A stretch of DNA of 64,000 nucleotides from Phaeosaccion multiseriatum. Its lineage: Eukaryota; Protista; Ochrophyta, other classes. The notes under the pieces are model-generated. The model made no database searches. It was not told the DNA's origin and worked only from the letters and a program-made list of their open reading frames with translations. This document shows positions 33,125-45,407 of the stretch, in pieces. Both the position numbers and the translations under genes were made by a program. Position 1 is the stretch's first letter, and the number at the start of each line of letters is the position of its first letter. Location of the stretch: contig OZ218953.1 of the NCBI GenBank assembly GCA_965112735.1, forward strand, positions 3,906,001 through 3,970,000. The letters run 5' to 3'.

Positions 33125-36100
33125 CTGGTGGTGGTAGCGGTGATGATACGAGCCCAGACAGCGCAGGCCGAGACTTGGTGGGGAAAGTGCAAGCGCAAGT
33201 GCCCTCCAAAGCCACTGCGCTGACCGCTGTCATGGGCTTGTTCTCGGACACCGCCAGCATGGAAGAGGACGAGTGGGAGGACTTTCAGGAGGCCGCGGCG
33301 GAACTAAGGAGGCGAGCGGATGTGTACGTCGGGGCCGTCACCTCTGCCCAGCTGGCGACGACGCTCAAGGGCATGAAGATGGAGGGGTGGCCGGAGCGCA
33401 CTCCTGCTGTCCTGCTTGTGGTGGACGGCCGTACAGGTAACGTAAGGTAGCGTCCATCCCCACCGGGGGGATGATCTTTTCCTTCCTGAGGTGCAGACGT
33501 GTTCTTTTGTTCTTCTGAGATGCATCCCGCCGCCACTGCCCTCCTCACTTCGCCTCGGGGGCAACTTCCGTTGTTTGACCAAGAGGATTTCCGTGTGTTA
33601 TCGACGATTGACTCCTAGTCTTCACCTCGAATGAGAATGTCGACTTCTCACCGCCTTGCGCTGTGCCCCACCTCCAGACTTAGTCCAAGTGCGGTACCTG
33701 GACGAGCTGGACGGCGACGGCGACTCTCTGGCGGACTGGATCACCAAGGTGGGCAACTGACTGACCGCCGTACTGACTCGCTGACTAACCGAACGACTGA
33801 CTAACTAAACTGGCTCACTGACTTCATCTGACTGACTCACTGACAGGCTGGCGCTCTCTCTCTCTCGGCTACCCGCCCTCGAGCTGTGTGCTCAGCCCTA
33901 TCCTCTTCCTCCTGCAAGTAGCTAAAAGCCCTCCCCCCTTCCCTCCCTCCTGTGTGGTGGCTGTTCCTGTCGCGCCTCTCCAAAGTCCGCCGTACCTCTG
34001 GTGGGTGTGCTGACGCGCGACACGTTCTCCCTGTACGAGAGGCTGAACCTGCCCATGCTGCTTCTCTTCCTCGATATGGGGCAAGCCGAAGAGACCGAGC
34101 AAGAGGCAGCGCACAGGAGAGCGCTGGAGGGAAGTGCGCGCTCATGTTTGGAGGTTGCACAGGTCAAAAGAAGAGAGGACTAAAGGGGGGGGGGGGGGGG
34201 CGTGAGTGAGTGTGTGTGTACGGGAAGGAGGGAGGGGGGGAGTATTGAACGCCAGGATCCACGCTCACGATACTTTCCTCTTCATCTCTCTCTCTCTCTC
34301 TCTCGTGTCGTCTCTTTGCAATGCTTTCGTGATCTTGTGATCCTGCCTACAGGGCTCTTCCGGAGGCGTACCCAACGAAGCCCTGGTCACGGAGCTCGAG
34401 GCGGTGGCTCTCGAGCATGTGAGTGCTGTACACGGGCTGCTTTCTTCTGAGTGGATGGGCGATTCTGGAGTGGAGGTCCTGGATGAGGAGAGAAAGGAAG
34501 GAGGGAGGGGGATAAAGAAGGAATTGGTTGAAACATGAGAGAAAGCTCGTTTCCACCCGAAACGCTCCCCTGTCGCGCTGGCATACACCCGATACCGCGG
34601 TTGCGCAACGGACGAAGCAAGCGCAAAGAGTTCGAATACTACAGTACGCTTAGCTTCACTCCTCCTCACGCCTCGCCCCCAACGCGTAATCGCGATCCCC
34701 CCCCCTCCCCCCACACAGCGAGGGCGCATAAGCTGTATCTGTGCCGACGGTCGCCACTTCTCCGACGAGATGCGAGCCCTCGGGCTGTTCGGCGGTATGG
34801 CAAGTCTCCCGCAGGTGGTCTTCAACACCCGAAGCGCGGCCAAGCCAGTGCCTGCCTTCCCAGAGACACTGCCCCTGAACCGAGACACTCTGCTCGCCTA
34901 CTGCGCCGACTTCCTCAACGGACGCATGCGGAGCGCGGCCGACGCGACTCGAGTGGCGGAGAAGGCTCTGCAGAGCTCGCAGCTCAACTTGCAGAATCGC
35001 TTGGTGCGAGAGCCCAAGGAGCAGCAGCAAGCCCCTCCCAAGGAGGTGAAGGGCGTCTCAGAACAGGTGAACAGAACAGCCCTCTTTAGAACGTCCCGAG
35101 TGTGGAGGAGATGTTTGTGTGTGCCCTGCCCCCTGTTGCTGCAGTTGCTGCTGTTGCTGCTGCTTCTGCTGCTGCTGGTGGTGGTGGTGGTAGTACCCTG
35201 GTATGCCCTGATGCCCTGCTATGATCCCCCGATGCCGCGCAGTACAAGGCGGAAGACGCCCTTGTGGAGCTGACGGCCGCCTCTCTCCTGGAGCTGGTGC
35301 GGGACGACGGCAACGACAGCAAGGATGTCATCGTCATGTTCCACTCCACCGACTGTATGGCCTGCAGTCATCTGGCGCCGTACTACAAGGTGGGCAGGGA
35401 CGCAGAGCAGGGAAGCACGGCATGGATAGGGAGGAGAGCAGAAGGGCAGGAGCCAAGCATCGAGTCTGTTTCCTTCTTTCTCCTCCCATCTGCTGGGAGA
35501 AGTGACTTGACTGACTCCATTCACCCACCGCCTCCTCGATTGCCCACCCGCCCTTGCTGCTGCTCTTCCTCGACCTATGACGCTCGTTCGGGCGGCTCCT
35601 CTCCTCTCTCCTCCGCGCTCTCTCCCCCACCCCGCCTTTCTCTCTCTCTTGGCTCTGTACCCTTTACCGCAGCGCGTGGGCGAGCGCTTCCGAGATTTGG
35701 GTATTGACACCGTCACTATTGCCAGGATGGACGTGACCTCCCAGGTAGATGCAGCTTTTGGGCAGACTCCTCCTTCCTTGCGTCCTCCTGACCTTCCTCC
35801 TCCGCCTCGCTCGCCAACGTGCTTTGCTTTCGCCATCCACCAACACACACGCAAATCCACACCTACACACACGCACGCGAAACAGGCTCCTCCACCCGAG
35901 TTGGGCCTGTCTATCCCGCCCCTCCCCGCCCTCCTGGCGCTGCCTGCCAATGACCGCACGGCCCCGTACCGCTTCTTCTCGGGGGTGGGCAAGGTGACGC
36001 CGATGATGCTGTGGGTGCAGGAGGTGGCCTCTCTGCGCTTCGAGCTGCCTCCTCTGTTCCATGTTAGGGAAGGAGACTTGGAGCTGTACAAGGAGCAGGT

Positions 36101-36254
36101 CACGGCCCGAGAACAAGCGGTGGCTGCGGCTGCTGCTGCTACTGCTGCTGCTGCTGCTCCGGCTACGGCTTCTTCCGAGCTACAGGGGGAGGAAGAGGAG
36201 GAGGGGGAGGCTGACATTCTGTTCAATGCTCCTCCAGTTGGCTCGGACCTATAG
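31815..36254 (+). CDS. Secreted EGF-domain plus multi-thioredoxin-fold (PDI-like) protein
   Basis: About 11 exons. Signal peptide, EGF CFNNCSGHGEC...CHCSLGYHGDDC, thioredoxin folds with CHKC and CMAC, IARMD motif. One donor near 34130-34162 is uncertain. Confidence 0.75.
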
Positions 36255-36502
36255 GAGCTCAAGTGTGCATCAATGTATATACGGGGGTTTAGAAGAGGTG
36301 TATTTTTCCCTCTGTCACGTCACGCGAGGACTTTTCGTGAGCGCTCTGTAGTGCCTTTCTGCTTAGAGGAGAAGAAGCATCAATGGTGGCATTGGTAGTC
36401 GTCCACAAACGAGAACATAAGAGATAGCCATAAGTTCATTTACAGAGATTTACATTTCTTTCTCCATTGCTGGTACCTACAAAAATTCGCCTAATGGCGC
36501 TG

Positions 36503-37414
36503 CTATGACTCTTTCTTGGCCTCCGTTGGGGCCGCAGGCGCAGCAGCATCGGGCCAGTTGTTGTACAGCACTGTAAGCGCGCTGACACAGCCGGCGACCC
36601 CCACCACGCCGTTGTTCCACTTGCTGCCCCATAGCTTGAGAGGCAGGTCCGTGCCGGGCATATTGACTGCGCACATTAGGTCCATTACGCCCTTTAGCAC
36701 AGAAAGGTGGGCTTTGAAGAGAGCCACATTGGCCACCTCCAGCTCTCTGTCAACGGCGGCGCTGCTCTCGCCCTGCTGCTGCCGCTGCTGATGCTGCTCC
36801 TCACATAGGGCCAGCACCCTTCTCCTCGCGCTCCTCACGCTCTGCAGCCCCAAGTACACGACGACCACGCTGGCGATAGCCCAGGAGCGGCCGAAGCCCT
36901 TCAGTGCCCTCTCATTTCCGAAGGCGACGGTGTCCGTTGTGGTAAGGTAGTTGAGGTTGTCGAAGGTCCAGAAGGACCCCATGGCCGTGGTGCGCAGGGC
37001 CAGCAATGCGCGTTTCTCCGGGCTCAGCGTGTCGTTGTTGAGCACAGTCCGGAGGGTGTGCACCTCCTCCAAGACTTTGAGCAGGCGAAAAGCTTTTCTG
37101 CTCAGCTGCGTGGTCCTGTAGAGCTTGTAGGCCCTGGCCGCCATCTCCTTACTGCCTCCGGCATCCCCGCCCCGGCTGAACCACCAGAAGAGGAAGCGGG
37201 AGCCGTACTGCACAATCTTCGTGAGCTTGTCCCTTCCATCGAGTTTTTTACTCATGGTCACAAAGGACGCTAGCGATGGGCTGGCTTTACTTCTCAGCCC
37301 TGGCCCCACCGCCCCCGAGAGGAGAGAGAGCTGGCCAGACGTTGGAAGCTCAATGAGCGCCTCATTGCTATCCGCGCCAGCCTCGCGCTGCACAACACGC
37401 TCAGAAGAGATCAT
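36503..37414 (-). CDS. PEX11: Peroxisomal membrane protein PEX11
   Basis: Intronless. GRDKLTKIVQY and SRKAFRLLK amphipathic helices, FWTFDN, C-terminal GVVGVAGCVSAL. Confidence 0.88.
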   Translation of the reverse strand: MISSERVVQREAGADSNEALIELPTSGQLSLLSGAVGPGLRSKASPSLASFVTMSKKLDGRDKLTKIVQYGSRFLFWWFSRGGDAGGSKEMAARAYKLYRTTQLSRKAFRLLKVLEEVHTLRTVLNNDTLSPEKRALLALRTTAMGSFWTFDNLNYLTTTDTVAFGNERALKGFGRSWAIASVVVVYLGLQSVRSARRRVLALCEEQHQQRQQQGESSAAVDRELEVANVALFKAHLSVLKGVMDLMCAVNMPGTDLPLKLWGSKWNNGVVGVAGCVSALTVLYNNWPDAAAPAAPTEAKKES

Positions 37415-37496
37415 GGCACCAAGCACGCCCCTGGGTAGGAGAGCCTAGCGATAGAAGCCAGAGGAATATGTCCCCCTTCTTCCCTCACCCCCCGTC

Positions 37497-37542
37497 CCAT
37501 TACTTTTAGACAATCATAGATGGCACTTTAAGGGTGTAATAT
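37497..37542 (-). promoter_or_regulatory. 45-bp recurrent upstream element, copy about 85 bp before the PEX11 ATG
   Basis: Near-identical to 22253-22296 and in the same orientation relative to the downstream gene. Confidence 0.65.
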
Positions 37543-37696
37543 ATATATACCCCGTCCCTCTCTTCTCTCTTTGCTTGCGATGCTCAGCCCGCCTGTCTCC
37601 CTCAATATGAGTATATATATACATATATGGGGGGGCGACGTCCACGGACAAGAAGATCTTCACCCTCCTGCAACCGAAGTCCATCCACCCACTCCG

Positions 37697-39923
37697 TCAC
37701 CCCAAGCTGTTCCCGCTCCCTTGAAAGGCCCCTGTCGCTGGTTTTTTCTTCGCCCACTTGCTCCCTGACCGCTTAATCCCCGTCAGCGGTCGCGCCTGCG
37801 CTGCTGCTCCAGAGTCCGCCCCTCCGCTAGTGCTTGCGGCGGCCTTTGCGGCCTCCGCTCTCTTCTCCGCAGCTGCCAAGGCCGCTGCTCTGGCATCGCT
37901 AGCAACTGAAGGGAGGGCACAGCGGGCAAGACAAGATAACACATTCTTTGAGCTGCGGAAATGTACCGAGAAAGACTCCTCTTTTCCATAAGCGCTCCGC
38001 GCTCCAGCTTCCCAAAGCAAAGCACACGGTGGGCGAAAACACACACACCAAAGGGTATACCAATCTTCTCCAAAGGGGAAGGCACAAAGTAGTTGGCCAC
38101 CCTTCCCTCTGTAATGCCTGCTGCCTCACTGATGTGCCTCCTACGACAAGGTGCCAGCAGGACACCTCCATTTCTCTCTCTCGTTTTCTGTCTGTCTATC
38201 CCTCGACTGCGAGCATCTGATTGGGTCGGCTTACCTTGCGGCGGCGCTGGCGGGAGCTTCTTCCCATCGACTCTTGCCCCCGCCCCCTCAAACGGCACGA
38301 ACGCCTTCCGCCCGTCCTCTCCCTCTCCTGGAGTAGCCGGGCTCGCCCGTGCGGACTGAGGCTTGGGCAGCGCTAAAGCTCCCCCTCCTGGCGCCCCGTT
38401 TGCCGCCGCCCCTCGGTCCTCCTCTCCGTCCTTTTTGAGCCCTCCCATGGCATTGTGAATGGCAGGGTCGAAGCCTAGCGGCGCGTCAAAGTCCACGTTG
38501 CAGTCCGTCTCGATGATACACGCTGCGTCTGCTGGCTTCACTTCCTTCACCTCCAGGTAGTACTGAGAGGGTGGCGGCAGGAAAGAGAGGGAGCAAAGGA
38601 GCGAGAGAGGGATTCGCGTTGGACGGTGGAATGGAAATGAATGACGTGTACAAAGGAGCTACATCTTCCTTTCTTTCTGGGCCGACCCTACCCCCCCCCA
38701 CCGACCCCTTTCCCATATGCATACCTTGGTGCCATCATAGGGTATACAGATGATGTCCCCCTTGGTGAGGCAGCTGAAGTTCCTCAGGGCCTTCTCCAGC
38801 ACCGCCCGCTGGTTGGAGATGTCGAGGAAGTCCATACTTTGCGGCTGGAACTTGACATACGTCGCCTGCACACGGGCACAAGCGGGCCGGGGGAGCACGC
38901 ATGAAGGGAATAAAAGGGCAACGGGCCGGCGAGAAAAGGTTAGCGGTGCCTGGGCGTGGCTCACCCAAAGAAAACCGCCGCCCTTCGTCCCCCCTCGAAC
39001 CACCTCACCTTGGGTAAAGACACGTTCTTCACGTCCAACAGAGACCCGGCCTCCAGCAGGAGGTTCTGCACATGAGGGTGGATTCGAAAGCGGATGTGGC
39101 TCCATTAGAGGGTGAGCATATCATGCATGCCTCGCGAGAGATATGAAAAGGAGGTATGGATAGGAGGCAAAAGAAAAGGCCCCTGCGTGGCTTTCGCTTC
39201 TTTCTGTGCGGCCGGATGTCGGGCGGTGGAGGTGGGAGAGGAGGCAACCGCCGGAGGAAGGGGTGTGTCCCTCAACTCAGGCCCAAGAAGCTTACTCGGC
39301 GCGTCTGCTTTGGCGCATTTGCTTACGTTCATGATCCAGTAGGGGATGTAGCAAGAACCTTCCGGGGCAGAGAACTCCAGCACCCCACAGTGCGTTTTCC
39401 GGCCCTGTAAGAGCAGTTGTAGCAGCACCAACAACAGCAGGGAGGGACCGCAGCCCGAGGATCAGTAGGAGAACACACAAACGCACGCACACACAAACAG
39501 GAAGAGAACAGAGGGCCCGCGCAAGGAGGAGGCGGGGCAGACTCAGCTCCCTGCTCGGCCCTTCCGGATGATGTAGCCCAGTCCACGCCACTGCCCTCCG
39601 GTCTCCACACTTTGCGCCCCCTTGTCTTGACTCACGTCTGGTCCAGAGATTTGAAAGAGCATGGGGTACTCCACATGCAGTCTCGCTAGGGTATCGAGGG
39701 CGGAGGACGGCAGCAGGATCTTGTCCCCGTCTTCCAAGTGCTCCTTCTCCTGAAAGCTCACGGGGTAGCAATGATACTGGGGAGGGAGGCGGACATAGGT
39801 AGGGACAGCGACGGTAGGGGGCACAACAAGCGGAGTGGTGTTGGTGGATGGAAAGGAAGCGACACTGGCGTGCATCTAATGTCCTCTTCCCGCTCACGCA
39901 TTTGTAAAACCCGGAAACAAATC

Positions 39924-39956
<33 letters not shown>

Positions 39957-40379
39957 AAGAGAGAAAGAAGAGAGAAAGAACGAGAGAAAGAACGAGATGG
40001 AGACGGAGAGAGCAAAGGAGAAAAAGTAGCTACGCAAGGGCTGTTCGAGGGAGCAGCACCCACTGCGGCATGGCAAGCAAGCCAGCCTGCAGCAACCCTT
40101 GTAACTCCTGGATTGCTCTCTGAAAACCCAACCGAAACTTGCAGAGCGCACGCCACGCTGCTGCAACTGCTGCAAGTGGGGTTCTATAGGAATTAAAGGC
40201 CTTCTCAAAGTGCTGCTGTCTGTGAAGCCGGACGGTGCCCAGGCCCAGAGTATGTGGGAATAGTCATCGCTCCTTTCTCGCATGGTACTCACTTGCTCAT
40301 GAAAGCGCATCGGAAATCCGCCACCCATGGCCGCTGCGTTCATGGGCCCACCTCCCCCATCTCCATAGCCACCAAACAT
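37697..40379 (-). CDS. UFD1: Ubiquitin fusion degradation protein 1 (Cdc48/p97 cofactor), cytosolic copy
   Basis: 7 exons. [26 protein letters not shown] and [10 protein letters not shown] motifs, SHP box FQGSGNSLG. No signal peptide. Confidence 0.95.
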
Positions 40380-40975
40380 GGCAGTCGCTCCCCCTTCTGC
40401 GATTACACGTTGCTTTTGTCTCCCGAAGTCTCTCGCAACGTGTCGGACAGGTCGCGGAGCCAGGTGGCCAGATGGAGGTGAACCAGCGGTGGGAGGCAAG
40501 TACCTTTGGCCAGACCCAAGTAGCTTCTGTGACTGGGTGACTCAATGCTGGTTATCAACCCAAAGAGGCTTCTCTGAGGGAAGAAGGGGGAGGAGGGAAT
40601 GGGGTTTGCCAGTTGTAGTTTCAGTTTTTAGGGGTCGAGAAGGGCCTCGCGAGGTTTCTCTCTCTTCATGTTATTTCAATTTCCATATCAAAATTGTGGT
40701 CCTCTCTCGTGTGGCTCTGGTCCTGCTGAACCCTCTCGTTTGGCCACACGCTTGCTGGCGTCCTGCTTTGCTCGAGCTGGCGGCGACTTGACGCCTCCAG
40801 ACTCGATTCAAAGCGGTACCGCTCTCTCCCCCACCGTCACATAGGGGTCACCGCAACGGTGAAGAGCCTGCAGCCCAGCTATCCCATGGCATTGCTCCTT
40901 GCCTCCTCCCCTATACTCGCCTCAACTCTCACCCTATTATATACTGTTCGTGTGCACCCCTCCCTCCTCGCATCA

Positions 40976-43900
40976 TCAGGCGTCAATCCCATCAAAGTCT
41001 AGGTCTGGATCCCCTGCGAAATCCATGGGGTTTTCTCCCGCCGCCCGCTGGACCAGGTCGAAGCGCTCCATACACGTGAACACGATGCGTAGGTAGGCCC
41101 AGATGTGAGCGGCCTCAGGACTCAGCTGAAGAGCCTGCGCACGCACGCACGCCCAATCACACGCGCACACGCACAAGCACAAGCACACACACAAGAGAGG
41201 GAGGGAGGGAGGCAGGGAGGAATGTGCTGTAGAATGCGTTTCGGCCGCCATGTGGCCTTCGCAGGAAGAAAAGAACACGGGCGGGAACCGCTAATGAAGG
41301 TCGCCACGGTGCTACTCTACTGTACCTTGAGGTAGCAACTCGCCGCCTCCCTGTAGCGATTGAGATTGGCCAGACTGATGCCTTGGTTCAGCCATGCTCG
41401 AGCGTATCGAGGCTGTGAGAAGAGAGGGGAGAGGCAAGGAAGAGCGCATTAAGAACGAACGGACGGGGGGTGGGGAAGCATGATTGGGAAGAGAAGAGAC
41501 AACTCAGAGGCTAGGACAGGCACGGCCCTTTCACGCACACATGCACGCAGCAGTGACCGTCCTCTAGATTCTCGAAGTCTTCCACGGCAGACTCACCTTC
41601 ATTTCGAGGGCCCTGTCGTAAGCGTTGAGCGCCTCCTGACTCCTGTTGTCGTTGGCCAAGGTTGCCCCCACCTTGTTCCACAGAGAGTAGTCGCCTGGCC
41701 GAAGCTCGGCGGCCGCATTGAAAGCCCCGACTGCGCTGTCGTAGTCGCGAGAGACGTTATACAGAACCCCCAGCACGACCTGATACACCACCACCATTCC
41801 CAGGAGCAGCAGAAGCAATAGTTTCAGAAGCCATGTTTCGTGTCGCATAGACCAGAAGGCCGAGAAGAGAAGAAAACAGGAGGGAGCAGAGAGCGAGACA
41901 GAGATTGGGCAAGGCTTGAGCACACCAGTGCCGCGATGAGATGATGTGAAGCTTCTGAGGCCTTCTCTTCCAAGCCACACGCTCCCAGACAATAACAAGG
42001 AGACCACCACCCCCCCTCCTTCCTCCTCCTGGCACTCAGCAAAAACACACACCCACCCACCCACCCACCCACCTTGGCATCAACATCGGTCTGGTCCCAG
42101 CGCTCTGCCTGTATCATGAGCTGCATGACCTCGTCCATGAGGGTGCCGTCGCTGTACTCGTCCAGCTGGATCTCCATCCCCGCGTACTTGGGGTTGTGCT
42201 CCACCCAAGCCTGTCCTCGTTTGGGTTTGCGGATGGTGAACAGACAAATGAATGACACACATGGAGCAAATCAATACGTATCGTGGTGCAAGGAAAATTC
42301 GGGGAGGGAGGGGGAGGTGACAGAGCAGAACGGCATATCCTGTAGGAGGTGGATGTAGCAACGGCACTGGAGACTTAGAGCCGACCCTTTCTTCCTCGCT
42401 GCCTCCTTTCCTTCCTTCCTTCCATCCTTCCTTCCGCCCTCGAGCCCCGACCCCGCCGCAGCGCACTGCACCTCACCTTGAGGTTCTTGAGTGCCCTCTG
42501 CGAGTCCAGTTCGTTGACATAACTTACTCCCAGAGGGAGCAATGCGTCGATGTTGTACGGGTCGTGCTCCACCGCCCGCTCCAGACAGGCGATTGCTCGC
42601 TTGTCCAAATCGTTCTCCGCGTGGCTTTGGCCCTGCGGTGAAGAGGGCTCTCAGAACTTGTTCAAGGAACACAGGGCGAATGAAAAAGCGGAGGGAGGGT
42701 AGATGCGCAAGGGCTCTCTCCTCTCTACGTAGAGCCCTGCTTCTCCAGTCACCTTTCCTTCCTGCACTCCTGCTGAACTCACTCACTCACTCACTCACTC
42801 ACTCACTCACCAGCATTCGCCACGCCTCGCTATTGTCGGGCACTCTCTGCAGCTCCGCCTCGAAGCACTGCACCGCTTCGTTGATCCTGCCCTCATCAAA
42901 GAGGCGCATGCCCTCCTCGAAGGGTGCGGGATGGTCGAGAAAGCTGTTCTCGGCCCTAAAGTCGTACACGGCGTCAAGCCCCTCCCCCCCGCCCATGGCC
43001 TCAAGTCGCTCTGCAGTCTTGGCCCACGCGGCGTTCATGCCTCTCAAGTCCTCATCTCCCTCGTCCCAAATCTGGTCCAGCTCAGCGTACTCCGCCGGCA
43101 TCTTGCCCCCACCCTGTTGCCCTCAAAGCAGAAGCAGGAGCAGACGCAACAAGTAGAAGCAACAGGAACTGAGGACAAAGCAGGCACGTCAACATGTCCT
43201 CATTGCGACCTGTCGCGGCTAAGAGATGACATGAACCTCAACGCGAACACTTACGAACAAAGCCTAGCAAGCTGCTTGACATTGCAGAGTAGGGGGGGGG
43301 GTGAAAAGCGACTTCCCTTTCCGTCGTCCTGCTCACCTCCTGCCAGGCCGCCTCAAACTTTTCGTTCACTTCTTTCCACGCCTCGTCAAAAGCCGGAGTC
43401 GCCTCGGCCCCTGCCGTGGGCCCATCCGCTTGTACGCCTTCCCTCATCGCGTTCTCCCCTCCCTTCGCAGACAGCCACGCCGCCTCCATCCCCTTCATCC
43501 CCCCCCCCCCCCCTCCTTGTTGGTCCAGTGCACTGGCCGCGTTTTGCTGCCCGCCCTCCCCACTTGCCCATGCCTCTTCGAGAGCTGCGGCGGGTGCTGA
43601 TGCTGTGGCGGAGGCCTCCCACCCGCGTTCCCAGGACTCGAGTTGTTCACCGTGTGCCAGCTGTGAACCAAGAGAGAGAGAGGGGGGTCGGGGGGTGGGA
43701 GAAAGGAAGCAGAGTCAGTACGTAAACGAAAAGCTACTGAAAGTGCACCAAGGATTGCCACCGGGGCGCTCACGAAAGAAAAAGGGGGTCTGGGTTTTGA
43801 GCATGCCCCATAAAACGAATCCCAGCGGGCGGTAGTTATCCGAATCTCCAAAGAAGCCGGAAATACAGTTAGCAGAGTAGGTAGCCATACTCACACTACT

Positions 43901-45290
43901 CATGAAACTGAATACTTCGCTGTCTCTGTATTTTGGGTCAGGATCAGCGGCGAGGGTCTCCACAACAGCCTCGGCGCTCTGACGAAGACTCGATTCGTCA
44001 GCTTCAGCGGCTGCTGCTCTATCTTGGAGAGAAGAACGCCGCCCCTGCTCCCTCTCCATCCCCTCCTCTTCCTCGATACCGCCTCCCGCCGCCTGCCGTG
44101 GCAAGGATCCCGAGAGTCAGCAGCGGCACGCCACGGGACGACGACGGCGTCGACGGGAGAGTAGCAGACCAAAGCAGATCAATTCCACACCAAAGAATGA
44201 AAAGCAAAACCAAAACGCCAAACCACGCAAGCTCCAAGGGTCATGCTTATGAGTTGGGGCACACCCTACTCTTGCGCTCACCTTTGCGTCGTTCGCCTCT
44301 CTGGCCATTGCCGCTTCACTCGCTCCTCGCTGCTGCTGCATCCGCTGAAAGTGTTGATGCTGTTGCTGCTGCTGCATTGCCATCGCCGAGGCCCCCCACG
44401 CGGCCTCCATCCCTCCCATGTGCATGGGGGGATGCGCTAAATGGGCAGGCATCCTCATCATACCCCCCCCCGGCCCTCCCCGCCCCCCATTGAACTCATT
44501 CGCCCAGCCTCGTCCCCCTCTTCCTGCAGCTCCTCGCGCTCGAGCATCAGCCTCGGCCATGGCCCATGCCTCGTTCATTGATCCCGGCATTGGGCCCATC
44601 TGCATCATTCCTCCTGCTCCTGCCCCACTACCAAACTCGTTGGCCCACTGGTCCTGCCCCTGCCCCATACTTCGCTGAGGCATGGCGACCATACCTGCCG
44701 CGGCAGGCGGAGGATGTGGCTGCTGATGGACCATGCCCATGCCTCTCGCCATACCCGACTGCATCGCAGCCGCCATGTGGGGGGGAGGTCCCATCATATC
44801 GGGAGGAGCGGGAGGGTGGGACATGCCCGCCCCCATCCCCTGCTGCTGCTGCATGGCGTGCCCTTCGCCCTTTTGCGGCCCTTGGGAGGGCGTGGACCCC
44901 TCAAACATCTTGTCCACGAGGCGGGAGACCGGATTTCGGACAGCGGTGGTGCCATCTGCCGCACACCCCGTGCTGCCCACCTGGAGGAGGGCGATGAGGA
45001 AGGAGCGCAGAGAGCGAAAGTTGAAGACGATCGATTGAAGGGGTGGGTTGGGTGCGAATGGAGGAGACAAGGAGGGGGGGAGGCGTGAGTGGATTCAAGA
45101 CAGCAATAGAAGCATTTTCCGTGGAAGCAGCAGGACGGGGCACTTGGGAGAGAAGGAGGACGGCTTTGGGAGGGGAGCAAGGCAGGGAAGGTAGCAGGAG
45201 GGACCTGGCCCTTCCTTCGGTATGGTGCTGCAACCAATGCTGCTGCTGCTCCTCCACTTCGAAAGATCCACTCACCAAGTCTCGAAACAT
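40976..45290 (-). CDS. PEX5: Peroxisomal targeting signal 1 receptor
   Basis: About 10 exons. N-terminal Cys (MFRDLVGSTGC...NP), two WANEF motifs, TPRs with [32 protein letters not shown] and PRYARAW. Confidence 0.93.
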
Positions 45291-45407
45291 GACAACAATG
45301 GCTATTACTCTGGAAGGGAAAGGAGACAGAAGGAGAAGGAAAGGGTTGGGAATTTGAGTTTGAGTCTCTCCTCCCTTTACCACTTTTCTCTGTTACATCG
45401 AAGAGCA

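Noticed and set aside
37697-40379. UFD1 as the symbiont-specific SELMA copy
   Set aside because: There is no signal peptide or bipartite leader, and the C-terminal SHP box fits the host cytosolic protein.
2160-45290. Photorespiration cluster (PGP, threonine aldolase, PEX genes)
   Set aside because: The genes are separated by many unrelated genes over tens of kb.
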